Origin: Jimgerdemannia flammicorona
Lineage: Eukaryota
Direction of reading: 5' to 3'
NCBI GenBank assembly: GCA_003990765.1
Contig: RBNJ01000047.1
Span: 1-47,246, forward strand
Length of the DNA stretch: 47,246 nt
Positions within the stretch are counted from its first letter, which is position 1. Each line of letters opens with the position of its first letter. Positions 22,681-35,010 of this stretch are shown one piece after another. Below the pieces are notes generated by a model. It was not told the DNA's origin and did no database searches. It saw nothing but the letters and a program-made list of their open reading frames with translations. The position numbers and the translations under genes were made by a program.

Positions 22681-25600
22681 GGGTGGGGGTGGGGAGGGTC
22701 CCCCTAGGGGGATCAGGTAAGAGTGGGCACAGTATATTATATAGAGGATAGATAATGTATTAATAAATAAAGGAGTCCAAGTGACTATAAAAAATAAAAA
22801 AAAATAAAAAAAGCAATTAAACCACACCCCCATCTACCTCACTACACCATTTATACTCCCTACCTCCATCTACCTCCATCCATCCTGTCCAATACTCCAA
22901 CATAACATTCTTCCTCAAGAACCACCACTACACCACCCAGTACTTAGATAGAACAATCTTGAGCAAGGAAGCCTCCCAGCTCCAGATCTACTTCCAATCT
23001 CAGTCATCTCCAAATCTCACCCTCTACCACTCTATTGGCCACCTCTCAAGGTGGCCAGATCTGATCCATTCCATCACCTCCATCAGTGAGTACTTAACCA
23101 ACTGGTGGCCACCAACCTATAGACCCTCCAACCACTACCAGCATTGCTCAAGATCCACATCTTCTCTTATTTCTGGCCCCATTAACCCCATACCCAGTCA
23201 GGCCTCTACAATACCCCACCAGAACCCCTTAAACCACAGTCAACTGACCCTTCCAACGTGAAGCAGTCCTTGTATATCCTTTCAAACCTCACCATAGAGG
23301 CAGAACCTGACCTCCCAATTGTCTATAGCCAGTCTGCCCCATCCTCCCTCACTCAATTCTACCAGCCAACATCTCCACCAACCCTGGAGCACCTTCAACT
23401 GCCTCCAGAAGTCCACTAACCCCAAACCCCCATCTACTGTCCTCAACACTACTGTCTCCCAACCAATCTGCAACTGCCCACCTTATCATAACCATCCTTT
23501 CACCACCTTCTTCAACTGCCAAACCACCTATCTAGAAAAGTCCAGATGATATCCCGAATACTATAACTTCAGCAACCAGTATATGTTTAAGACCACCACT
23601 CTCCCCATCAAGGAGAAGTACCTCCCTGACCAGTCTGTCAGTGCTCTCTCCCACTTCTATATCATACCACACTACCATTTGTTCAGCAGAACTATCTTAT
23701 ATACTGAAAACCAGATGTCCAAATATTGAACAGCGCTCCCCCTAGCCACTGTATGTCCAAATTGTCCAATCCCTCCCAAGCCCATGTCTAGCTCCATTGT
23801 CTCACACTTGTCTCAGTTCAATTTCGCTCCAGCCGGCCTCTCATATTTTTGAACCCCTTCCTGCAGACATTCTACATCTGCTATACATCCCAGTCCAATC
23901 ACTATACCATCAGCAAAGGCCCCCAGCTTCCAGACCACCTCTCCCATTTGCAATCCAGTAAGCTGCCCCTTCAACCAAGCCAACAAGAGCTCCAAAGAGA
24001 GAATATATAGTAAGGGGGAGAGAGGGTCACCCTGTGGTACATTTCTCTCTAAGGTGAATTCTGGACCACTCCACTCATTCATCAGAACTGCCACTCTGCA
24101 GCCTCACACTAGGCCCATCAATCTTCTCACCTCTACTGCACCAAACCCTGTTTTCCATAATACTGCCTCAAGATAATTTCACTGCACCCTGTCATATACC
24201 TTCTCCTGATCCAGAAAGACTATCCATCTATCTACTCACCTACTCCTGTACCCCTCCAAGACATTCTGCACTCAGGCAGTGCTGTCTCTAATCTACCTCC
24301 CTTTGACAAAACCCCTCTGGCCCTCACCCACCAGTCTGCCAATCCACTGCTACATCCTCTCAGCCAGAATCTTTGACACCAATTTTCTATCCACATTCAG
24401 CAACATAATTGGCTGCCAATTCTACCATATCTGCCAATCTCCCTTCTCCTTATATAGCAGAGAGACCAGCCTTAAGGATTCATTGTCAATCCAGCTGCCC
24501 TCCTCCAAAACAAAGTTCACCATTTCTACTAGCCAGACTCCAAACTCAACTTGGAAATCCTTCTAGAATTCCCAAGGCAGCCCATTCTCCCCTGGTGAAG
24601 AGCCTACCTGTACTTTCTCTAGTACTTCCAACACCTCTTCAAGGGCCACTCTCCCCATTACTACTACATCCATCTCTAGTTGTGCTACTACTGGCCAGTT
24701 ACCCACTAAAGTGTCATTATCCTCCTACAGTACTTCTCCTCCTCTGGCTCCCCTTCATCCTGCCAAAGGGCCTGCCACTGGCCAGTGATCTCACCCAGCA
24801 TTTCTGCAGTACCTGTGACCTCAGTACCATCCTCTTACAATATTGAGGCCCAGCTGTGCTGCACCTTCCTAGCCTTCAAGATACCTGATAAATACTTCAT
24901 AGGCCTCTCTCCTTCTTCTAGCCACCTAGCTCACAGTCTTGCCAGCATACCATCCACCACTCTATCCTCAGCTGCCTTTAGATCCATCCATAGCTCAGCT
25001 ACCTCTGCTGCCAATTGGGCACACCTTTCCTCTGACAGATTCCCCTCTTCCATTAGCCTCAACCTCCATTGCAGCCCTTGCTCCACTCTCAACTCCTTAT
25101 CCATCTGCTCCTTTCCAGCAACCTCCCCTACATCTCACCAATAAGTACCAGCCAGGTGCTTAAATCTACCCTACCACTGTTCTATCAGTTGTCCTTCTGC
25201 CTTCTACCATGTCACTTCTTGCTTAGCAATCTCCACAAATTGGTCTCTCTCTGCTTTCCTCTGGAGGAGAGCTACATTGAGCTGCTAGCAGCCCTTGCCT
25301 CTCCTGACCACTTGAAACCTGTCATATGCCTCTACTCTCCAATGATCTGACCAAGGACACCACTATACCTCTGCAGTATCTAGCACATTTCCCCAACCTT
25401 CAGCCATTAGGATCCAATCAATCCTTATCCCCACCAGACTCTCACCCACTGAATGCCACTGAGTAAAGGGCCCAGGCTTTTCTCCTTGACCCTGTCAGAC
25501 TCCATCAACTAAACCTATATCTCTCTCTACCTGGAGCCACTGAGAAAACCCAGCTAAAACTGCCACTTCTACCCCACTGTCTGACCTATTCAGCTTCCTG

Positions 25601-26045
25601 TTACAAATCATATTAAAGTCCCCCCCAGAATGTACAACCCCACCTTCTCCCAACCTTCCCATACCAGCCAGTTTACCACTCATTGCTTTTGCTCTCTACC
25701 AATAGCTGGTAGGTAAACAGAGCCCACCACCAGTCCATCACCTATACCTCCTTTCAATCTACCCCATATCAATCAATTGCTATAGGTTTCTACTTCTATA
25801 AGTTCACCTCTATCAACAGCTACTAAGATGTCCACCTGTCTATTCCAACCCATACTGCCATATCTTTCTCTACTCTACTCTACATAATTCTGTTCACCAT
25901 AGGCTTGAACATCTTGAAGAAGTACCACATCATACCTCCTGACTTTCAGCCAATGAAACAAATGCCACCACTTAACTCTATCTCATAGACCATTGACATT
26001 TAGAGATAATATATATGTACTGTTCATCATCATTGATAGAAATGT

Positions 26046-27937
26046 TTAAAGCTCTGCTGAAATCTCCACCATCTTCTCAGCCCTGCTATGGATTATTTCC
26101 TTTTGTTCCTCACAGATCACTCTTCAGATATATGCTCCATTCACACTGCAACAGAATGCATCCACTTGTTCCATCACCACCTTCCTGATATCAGCCATTC
26201 TGCTCTCATTGACCTCATACCCCTCATCATCCAGTAGTGCTGCTACCATAGCTGTCACCAACTTTAGTCCTTGCAATGTAATATTGAGAAATCCCTCCCA
26301 AGCCTCCTGAGATCCATGAAATATATCAACCTCCTTGATATTTTCCTCTGTAAGCTCCTCCAGCACTACCTGGTACCAACTATTGGTGGTCATTGCCAGA
26401 GGCCCAGGGGTAGCTGGCCTGGGGGTCCTACTCAACTTCTGAAGTATCTTCTATCAGCCAAGACATCAGAGGCCACATCCACCAGGTCATCCTCCTCTAT
26501 AATCTTCTCCAGCCTTACAACCTCCCCTATCTCTGAGCACTCCCAATGAATATTTACTGCTCCTGCTATCTGAACATCTTCCAGTTGAGTCTCCAGCACT
26601 ATCTCAGTGACATCCTCAAAACCCCCATCTCCCACCTCCTCCTTATCATACAACTTTCCTGTCACCAGTGCATGAGCTGAACTCTCCACTCCACTCAGCT
26701 GTAAAAACGACACCTCAGCAGTCTCCACCCCTTCCACCCCTTCCATCTGACTTCTGGCTGCCTCCTTCCTCACCATCTTCTCTGCCTTCAGGCCTTGAAG
26801 GACCATCTGCAGGTACTCCCAGTTCTCATTATGCCATCTCTTCCTCCTCCCATTGGTGGGGACCCAGACCCAGTCCTTAGTAAACTCCTCCCATCTCCTC
26901 TTCCTCAAATACTTTGCTGCCTCTCTTTCCTTCAGAGCAAGTAACAATTCCTCCTCCTCCTCCTGCTCCAATCTCTTCCTTCTCTACACCTTGCACTCTT
27001 GACCACCAACCCAAATCATCTCTGGCCAGTCCCTCCCTAGCCCTGTGGCCTCCTTGCCCTCCAGTCTGACCATAATTTCACAGTTGCCATTTCTCAGCTT
27101 AGTCTTCTCCCAGAACATAAACCTGAAGTCAACCATCTCACCAAGGCCTCCCAGTGCCTCTGCTACCATCTTCTTAGTCTCCTGTCTCTCTAGAGTCAGC
27201 AGCCCTTCAACCACCAGATGTACAGCATATCAGTCTCACCTCAAGTACCTTGCTGTTCCAACTCTGATATTCTTGACCACTAACTCTTTCTTCAGGGCCT
27301 TCATCATCACCTCCTCCTCTACAAAGCCAATCTCCACTGCCTCTACTAACAGAATAAACTTCAAAGCCTCTGCACCCATAATCTCCTCACCCACTAGCTG
27401 TAACACCTCTCTGGCAGACATATTCAGACCCAGGAAATTTTCCAAAATCACCCATATTGACACTGATTTGTGGATGAATGAGCACACCACCAGTTCACCA
27501 GAGCCAGCCACCATTGTCAACTTTTCCTTGCCTCCTGAGATACCTGCAGTCACCCCTCCAGCCCCTGGCAGCCCACCAGCAGCCACTCTCTCAGCCACTG
27601 ACCCAGCCACTAGCCTAGCCCCAGGAATACCAGTCCAAGCCATCACTCCTCTGGACCCCTGTCCCCTGGACATCACCTGATCTGCCATCTGACTAGTTAC
27701 CTGACTCCCTCTCCTGTCAATACTACATCTCTCCTGCCCTACCCCCATGGACCTAACAGTAGCCCTCCTGCCCCCCATTACAGTGTACCAGTTCTTGATA
27801 TCTGCAGTCCTCCCCTGATCTCCTGTCTCACTAGTAGTAGCCCAAATCCCTGCTGCTGCTACAAAGCTCTTAGAGAGGCCCAAGCCAGGCCTCCTCCTCT
27901 CCAAGTACTTAGAGCTTAACAAATCTTGAGTAACCAT
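26046..27937 (-). pseudogene. LINE D ORF1
   Basis: ORFs 27236..27937, 26984..27214, 26432..26971 and 26124..26435 are colinear with C ORF1. Confidence 0.78.
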
Positions 27938-29262
27938 TCAACAGAAAATTGACATATTTTGATGAAACTTATTATGCTATATTGCCAGACTCCTGCTGCA
28001 CCTAGTACACTAGCATAGGTAAAGTGAAAACTTGAAAACATATTGCTTTTTGTGAAAAGATATCAGTGTAGCTTAGCTTGCTCTGAGTGGTTTGAACAAA
28101 AAAAGTCTCTGCCTTTTTCAGTTAGTAAGTCACCTAAATTTCAAAAGCATACTAAATAGTATCTTCTAGTAATTGTGAGTTTTAACCAATTATCCAGCCT
28201 TATATATAGTCTGAAATCTGTATAAATACCCCCCTGATCAGAAGTGAATAAACCTCAGTCAATTGGTATATAATATAAGTCTATTAGTTTACAACACCAA
28301 CTTAAGTTCTGAAAGACAAGAGAAGTTAAGTATAAGAACTTTGGGAAAAGACTCCAAGAGCTGAAGGAAATCACTCTTGCCACTGCTATTACAGAAATCA
28401 GATACAAGACCTTAGAATTCAAGATTCAAGATATATATAAGAGCATATGTTCAAGATACCAGTCAATTGGTTTTATCAACTTAAGCTCTGAAAGATAAGG
28501 AAAGTTGAGTATAAGAACTTTGGGAAAAGACTCCAAATGCTGCCTTGGAAATTCAAATATCAAGAACAATCAAGAATTACCACCATAGTCAGATAAGGAA
28601 ATGACCACTACTTAGGATACTAAGAACTACTGCCACTATGAAAATCAGATACCAGACCCAGGAAAACTTATTAGAATACTTATTAGGGATAATAGGAAAT
28701 AATCACCAACTGTCAGAAAGCTCAGAAAAACTACAAAAAAAGTTCTTTGACCATTTCAACATTTTGCTATATAGAATGTCTGGTTACATAATCAATGATC
28801 TGCAATACACAAATTCTAACCTGATATGAGAAATATACTGAACATTGAGCCAGAATATTGTAAGTAAAGATATCAATAGTCTATATATATATATATATAA
28901 TCAGTAGCACCATTGAGCCATATATATCAGCATATATGTATTAGCAACCAGACTCATATAAATCACATACCACATTTTGGAGACTCAACTGGAAAAGTCT
29001 TCTAAAGACTTAACCATTTGGCTCAGGAACCCAGTAGCTATCTGTAGTAGAGAATTCAGGAGAATCTAGCCAGCAACAAGACTAGAGCCAGTAACAGTCC
29101 ACTCTAGAAGAAGAAGCTTATACCATTATCAGGACAGCTCTCACCCTGTTCAGGATCAGTAGTCAGAAAACTGAATCAGAAGAAAGAAGTGATACAGACT
29201 ATAGTTTGACCTCAAAAGAAAGAAGCTACCTCAGAGAACAACCTGAACCCATTCAGACTTAA

Positions 29263-30267
29263 GGTATTACTCTGTTATAGTCTCTGTAGATAAGTCCTTT
29301 ATAGTAAGTAAATATTTTTGTCATTCTTTTTATAGGTTCTGAGACCTCAGCCTCAGGGTCTTCACAGAGCTGGAGAAACTTCAACAGGGGACTGTCTTAC
29401 TGGTAGCCATTCTTAATAAGCTGGATAAGATCACTAATGACTTTAACCATAAAGACAAGTTTATCCTCTTTATACCTAGAGAAACTATCCTCTGCATAGT
29501 TGGTTTTATCTGAAATATATTTAATTTTTACATCAAAAAGAATAATGATTTCCATCTAACAGACTTGCCTATAAGTTAGTATAGACTGAGTATAAATATA
29601 TCATAGGATATAGTGATCAATATAGGTCACAAATGACTATTTTAGGAGGAAATAGCATCATTTCTAGAGTGGTGTAATAATTTCCAGGAGTTTCTTTTCA
29701 TGGATAGTATATATATATATCAGATTCCTATGGATTAAACTTCTAAAAGAAGAAGTCTATATAGTAGTCTTCTTGGCTAAGTATTGCCCCAATGGTAATA
29801 TTAGAGACATTAGTAGTCAGTGTAAATACCTTAGCAGGGTCAGATATAATTAGTATAGAAGCTTCAGTTAATAGCCTCTTGAGGTAATATATAGTCTTAG
29901 TGTATTCAGTAGTCTATTCATATTTAATATTTACTCCTTTGTGGGCCAGACTGATCAGTGAGACTATAATTATAGAGTATCTCTAGATGAATCTTCAATA
30001 GTATTTTACAATATCTAAAAAGTACTAGAGTAGCTTAAGAGTAGTAGAGATGAGAATATCCTAGAGAGCTGATATCTTTTAGTAGTCTATATTAATTTCT
30101 TTGATAGAGATAATATGATCTAGATATTTAACTTGATCTTTATAGAACTTTTATTTTCTCATCTTGATATAGAGCTGGTATTTCTATAATAAAGTTAGTA
30201 TCTGCCAGAGATGAGAGTAGTATAGTTCTACTGTTTTACTGTAAATTAGTATATTTTCAATATATGT
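29263..30267 (-). pseudogene. Element H: heavily decayed Ty3/Gypsy pol fragment (RT C-terminal half, RNase H, start of integrase)
   Basis: TYIENILIYSKT (decayed YIDD), FYKDQVKYLDHIIS, LTTNVSNITIGAILSQ, KELLEII, IDHY, TNYAEDSFSR. Cut at 30267 by the A2 LTR. Confidence 0.8.
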
Positions 30268-31862
30268 TATAATGGTGACCTCAGAATGATAATATCAGCA
30301 CAAAAGAAAGCCTTTTCTTACAAGCCACCAGATTGGAACATAGAAAGATTATATGGCATAACTTACTCAGGCTACAAGATGAGTAATGATGACTAACTAT
30401 GAGTCATTGTGACCACAAGAAAGATATCTTGAGAAATATAAAAGAAGGATCAAGAAACTGCAGTAGCAGCAATCTAAACAAAGCTCACAGAAATAGTTCT
30501 AAAGCTTACCACAAACAAAATACCTGCCACTCACCAAACCTCAAGGTCTGGAAACTACCAAGGCCCCTCAGTCCAGAAAAGGATGTTCCAAGACATCAGA
30601 AGAGCCATGAGAACTTATATAAGAAGGACTTCTAGCCTTAACCTGGATACTAGTGACCCTTATCATTATATTCTCTACCACTATGAAATGGAAACAAGAA
30701 TTACCATTGCTACTGAATACCTCTGGATATAGCAGAAGTATGAAATAGGAAACCTTCTCTGTCAGAAATTCCCTCAGACTAGTACTAAGAAATATAAGAT
30801 ACCACTCCTATAGATATATGTAAAATAAAGATAGCTAAGAAGATTTATCAGATCTTTAGGCATACACTGTAGTTAATTCCCAACTTGGAGTATACTAGGA
30901 TCTCAGACTTCAAGATACTGTCAGCCCATTGTACCAATGCACTAGAGACCATAGTAGCCACAGAAGTCCAGTCTACTATCACTCTTAATAGTGATGAGAT
31001 AGGAGAGTTCTAGAACTCTATCCTTAAGAACAATCCTGATTAATTCCTATAAGAATTGATCTCAGCATTCCAAGGCCCTAGTATCTGGGTTAGACCTTCC
31101 CAAGACCCTACATTTGTCTCTTATTTTATGGAAGAGAACCTCATAGATTAGAGAGCCCCAGATCTTCTTACTTTTCTCACTGCTGAACAAGATAATATCA
31201 CCCATGATATATGAAGCATGTGAAACATATAATATATACAAAACAGATGAAATGTTCATGGACCTCATCTCCTTCAAAGACATCCTGTCCCTGATCTCTG
31301 GTCTTGATAATAGTGATGAAGATGAAGCCCCCATAGTCCTGAACTTTCTGCTCTAAGTTCTTGGTAACACTGAATTCTACCAGCATTCTTTTTCTATATA
31401 ATTTTTATTCTTCTAGTATTCTGATCTTGCATAACTCAGAAATTCTTCTGGTATCCTTTTCCTATACTACCAAAATTCTACTTATATTTTGAACTTGTAT
31501 AACCATTTGTACAGATACTTGAACTTATACTTACAACTGTAGTTTTCTATATTCCAGTATTTTATTTGGTTATTGAAATTTATATTTAGTTTTATAACTT
31601 AGCAATCATTAAATTATATTTTGTATAAATACTCCTCTGATTTTCTTTGAAATAAAGTTAGTTTTAGTTCACTTATCCTCAATTCCATACAAGCAATCTA
31701 AAAGATAATAAGACAGTTTAAAGATAAGAAGTTTGAGGACTATAAGACCTTGGGAAGGTACTCTAATAAGAACTTGCTTATAACAAACTTGTGGTTAGTC
31801 TAAGAGATATACCTTGAAGAGAATCTGACATATTTGAAGGGCTCAGCAACTACTATGTGACA
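30268..31862 (+). repeat. 5' LTR of A2 (~1.6 kb)
   Basis: TATAATGGTGACC (decayed TGTAAC..) to GTGACA, followed by the PBS; homologous to 2492-4011. Confidence 0.85.
30520..31356 (+). pseudogene. A2 copy of the LTR-encoded ORF
   Basis: TATAAAAG 30437-30444; ATG>ATA; DPYHYILYH, YEIGNLLC, DEAPIVLNFLL*. Confidence 0.85.
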
Positions 31863-33589
31863 ACTTGGTACTTATTGGCTGGTCATTCAAGATGAATCCC
31901 TCTCTTTTAAGCTAAAAAATAAACAACCACCATAACAACTACCCTGACTACAAGAGTCACCCCTGCAAGAATTCAAGATATGATGAAAATGTATCTTCTC
32001 ACATTCTATCGATATACTACTGTAGAGTCAATCCTGACCTTTATTGAAGACTTTGAACAATTCACTGCTATACAAGCTCTCACTATGAATGTATAATTGG
32101 CTCTTCTATCAGTCAGCCTCAGAGGACCTATTAGTGATAAGTTCAATATAGCCTTCATTACTAATGCTAGTGTAGCCAAACTTGCCAATATGAAGAACTT
32201 CTTCAGAACCAGATACTATACTGAAAAGATTAAGCAAGCTCTCAAGAATCAACTCAATACTATCTGCCAGAAACTTAGTGAAGATCCCAACTCATTCTAC
32301 ACCTGAATCTGCTACCAGATTGTCTTGGCTGGCTATAATGATGCCCTCAAGACAAGGAACAAATAGTATATTCAATCTTCTTCAAAGGAGTTCATTGTGA
32401 AATTGCTCTAGCAATCCAGCCTACCTCAGCTGCTCTAACCCTTGACCAGAAAGTGGTCTTTATATAGAGATATTGGACTATCAGATACCCTGCCAAACAC
32501 TTAATGGAGAAAATAACTGATATTAAGATTGAGCCTTTAAAGCCAACCAGTATCATATCTACCACAGTTGTAAACAGACAACCATCCCTATCTACTCTCA
32601 AGATAGTCAAAGCTGATCCAGTGGAGGAACTTGCCAAGCAGTTTGCTGAGATGACTACACACCTTAGTGATATTGTTAGAGAAGTCTGAAGCACCAATAG
32701 GAGACTAGTATAGAGATTTGCAGTTGTTATAGAAGAATGCAATATCACATACTTTAGATGCAGAGAAGAAGGCCACTATCAAAGAGTTGCATGATCAAAA
32801 CAAGACACAAAGTCCAACCAAGTAATGCTATCAGAACCAGAGAACAAATCAATACAGTAGTTATCAAGGAGATTATTGATACTGATGATGAAGAATACTA
32901 TGAAGAGTCTCAATTCTACCCTGTTACTGAAGGTACCAGAACCCAGTCCAAGCCCTATGATAAGAAGGGCAACAGCAAGCCAGTTGGAAGACCAAAGAAG
33001 ACTGCAGCTATTACTATTCAAAGTAAGATCCAATCTGAGGAGATTGATTAAGATATGGAGTTAGATGAAGCTGTCTACCAAATTATTGAAGATACTACTC
33101 CAGTCTCAGGAAAAAGTGAAAGCAAGAAAGAACAGAAGCTGTATAAGACCAAGATCCACCAGTATAATATCTATAAGGATCTCAAGGAACAAAAGGTCAA
33201 TACTACTTTTGGACAACTAGCTGAAGTCCCTGCCTTCATAGTTGAGAGTAGGACTTACAACCATTATCAAGAACCAAGAGTACAAGATTGTAGAAGCTCA
33301 CAATATACAAGAAGAATCTGAAGACTCAGGCAAAGAATCTGAATACCAGTAGAGCTGTTAAATGGTTCGAATCAGTTTGAATCAGTTCAGATCATCAGTT
33401 CATATACCAAATTGATTCAACTAATCAGTTTATTACTATCTGGCTTCAAAAATTATTTTATTAGCCTTGTAATTGATTTCACTAAGAATATAAGCAATTT
33501 GTAAAGTTAGAAGCTTGCAAAGTCTATCTTATGACCTGAGGCTTAAGACTGTCATATAATTATATACCCAAAAGGGAGTGACTAGTTCT

Positions 33590-34900
33590 ATTTTTTTGAG
33601 AAGAGAGGAGGGTGCATGCTTGCCTTATCTCACCACTCAAAAAGAGAGAGGGGTTCCAAATGATACCTTAACTAAGGTACATATATATTCTTTTTATCCA
33701 GAGAGAATTGGAAGGGTTCGAAATGGTGCCTTAACTAAGATATATAATTATATACTTTTTTCTTTTATCTAGCTTCTCAAAGGGGGAGGGTGTGTGCTTA
33801 CCTCATCTTGTTATTCATTTCAGCTTTTTGAAAGAGAGAGGGTTCAAAATAGCACCTTAACTAAGGTTTATATATATTTCTTTTATCCAGCTTTTCAAAA
33901 GGAGAGGGTGTGCTGCTCATTTTAGCTTTTTGAAAGAGAGAGAGTTCAAAATAGTGCCTTAACTAAGGTATATATATATTCCTTTATCCAGCTTTTTGAA
34001 AGGAGAGAGTGTGCTGCTCATTCAGCTTTTTGAAAGAGAGAGGGTTCAAAATAGCACCTTAACTAAGATATATAATTATATACTTTCTCCTTTTATCCAG
34101 CTTTTTGAAGGGGGAGAGGGTGTGCACTTGCCTCATTTTGCTGCTCATTCCAGCTTTTTGAAAGGGAGAGGGTTTGAAATAGTGCTCTAACTAAGATATA
34201 TATATATATATTCCTTTTATCCAGCTTTTGAAAGAGGAGGGTATACTGCTCATTTTAGCTTTTTGAAAGGGGGAGGAAATAGCATCTTAACTAAGATATA
34301 TAATTATATACTTTTTCCTTTTATCCAGCTTTTCGAAAATGGGGGGAGGGTGCATATTTATCTCATCTTGCTACTTATTCCAGCTTTTTGAAAGGAGGAG
34401 GGTTTGAAATGGTGCCTTAATTAAGATATATATATATATTCCTTTTATCCAGCTTTTTAAAAGAAGAGTGTGTGCTGCTCATTTCAGCTTTTCAAAAGGG
34501 AGGGTTTGAAACAGTACCTTAAATAAGATAAATATATATTCCTTTTATCCAGCTTTTTGAAGGAGGGGAGGGTGTGTACTTGCCTCATCTCATTGCTCAT
34601 TTCAGCCTTTCAAAAGGAAGAGGGTTTGAAATGGTGTCTTAACTAAGGTATATATATATATTCCTTTTATCCAGCTTTTCGAAAGGAGAGGGTGCTCAGC
34701 TTTTTGTTTGAAACAGTGCCTTAACTAAGGTATATATATATTTCTTTTATTCAGCTTTTCAAAAGGGCTTTTCAAAGGTGAGTATATACTGCTCATTTTA
34801 GCTTTTTGAAAAGAAGAGGGTTCAAAATAGCACTTTATCTAAGATATATATTTTTTCCTTTTATCCAGCTTTTTGAAAAAGGAGAGAGAGTATGCCACTC
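33590..34900. repeat. Tandem array of about 12 units, ~60-130 bp each, within the hAT 3' region
   Basis: Recurring CCTTAACTAAG(G/A)TATATA...CTTTTATCCAGCTTTTTGAAAGG..GAGGG. Confidence 0.9.
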
Positions 34901-35010
34901 AAATAACCCAAGGAGTATATCAACAACTCTTCTCTTTCTTTTAATATGATCACTAATTAGCCTCAAGTAATTATAACAGAATAACTCTAATAACTATCAG
35001 TTTCTACATT

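Larger units (their letters stand above)
16969..22812 (+). mobile_element. LINE C: full-length L1/Tx1-clade element inserted antisense into LINE D
   Basis: A-rich tail 22789-22812; ~15-bp TSD GTGATTGAACCATAC (16954-16968) / GCAATTAAACCACAC (22813-22827); 3' end GAGTCCAAGxGACTATAAA shared with D. Confidence 0.92.
16600..26033 (-). pseudogene. LINE D ORF2 (parts 26033-22813 and 16968-~16600)
   Basis: APE: ILSLNVNGL, LLQDV, GGDFNMI. RT: FLDQEKVYDRV, VPQGDPLSPLLY, AFADG. The C-terminal zinc finger KWC...QSLEHVLARCP is rejoined across the C insertion. 3' end approximate. Confidence 0.88.
16374..28110 (-). mobile_element. LINE D: full-length L1/Tx1-clade non-LTR retrotransposon, split by LINE C
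   Basis: Poly(A) tail read as T70 at 16374-16443; TSD GCCTTTTT(T/C)AGTTAG at 16359-16373 / 28111-28125; ORF1 plus APE-RT-CCHC ORF2. Confidence 0.92.
5010..29262 (+). mobile_element. Element G: decayed LTR (pieces 5010-5546, 15644-16373, 28126-28974), PBS and short internal leader, interrupted by B and by D/C
   Basis: Starts TGTAATG after (TA)n. Removing B and D at their TSDs gives a contiguous LTR with an A-like ORF, TATAAATA 28221, AATAAA 28247, end CCACA 28974 and PBS TGGAGACTCAACTGG 28978. Confidence 0.75.

Noticed and set aside
2492-31862. A1 and A2 LTRs as inverted termini of one giant composite element
   Set aside because: Each LTR leads outward into its own PBS and gag, their decay levels differ, and A2 interrupts H, so they are independent insertions.
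33590-34900. CRISPR array
   Set aside because: Intervening sequences are homologous to each other rather than unique spacers, there are no cas genes, and the array lies inside a eukaryotic hAT element.
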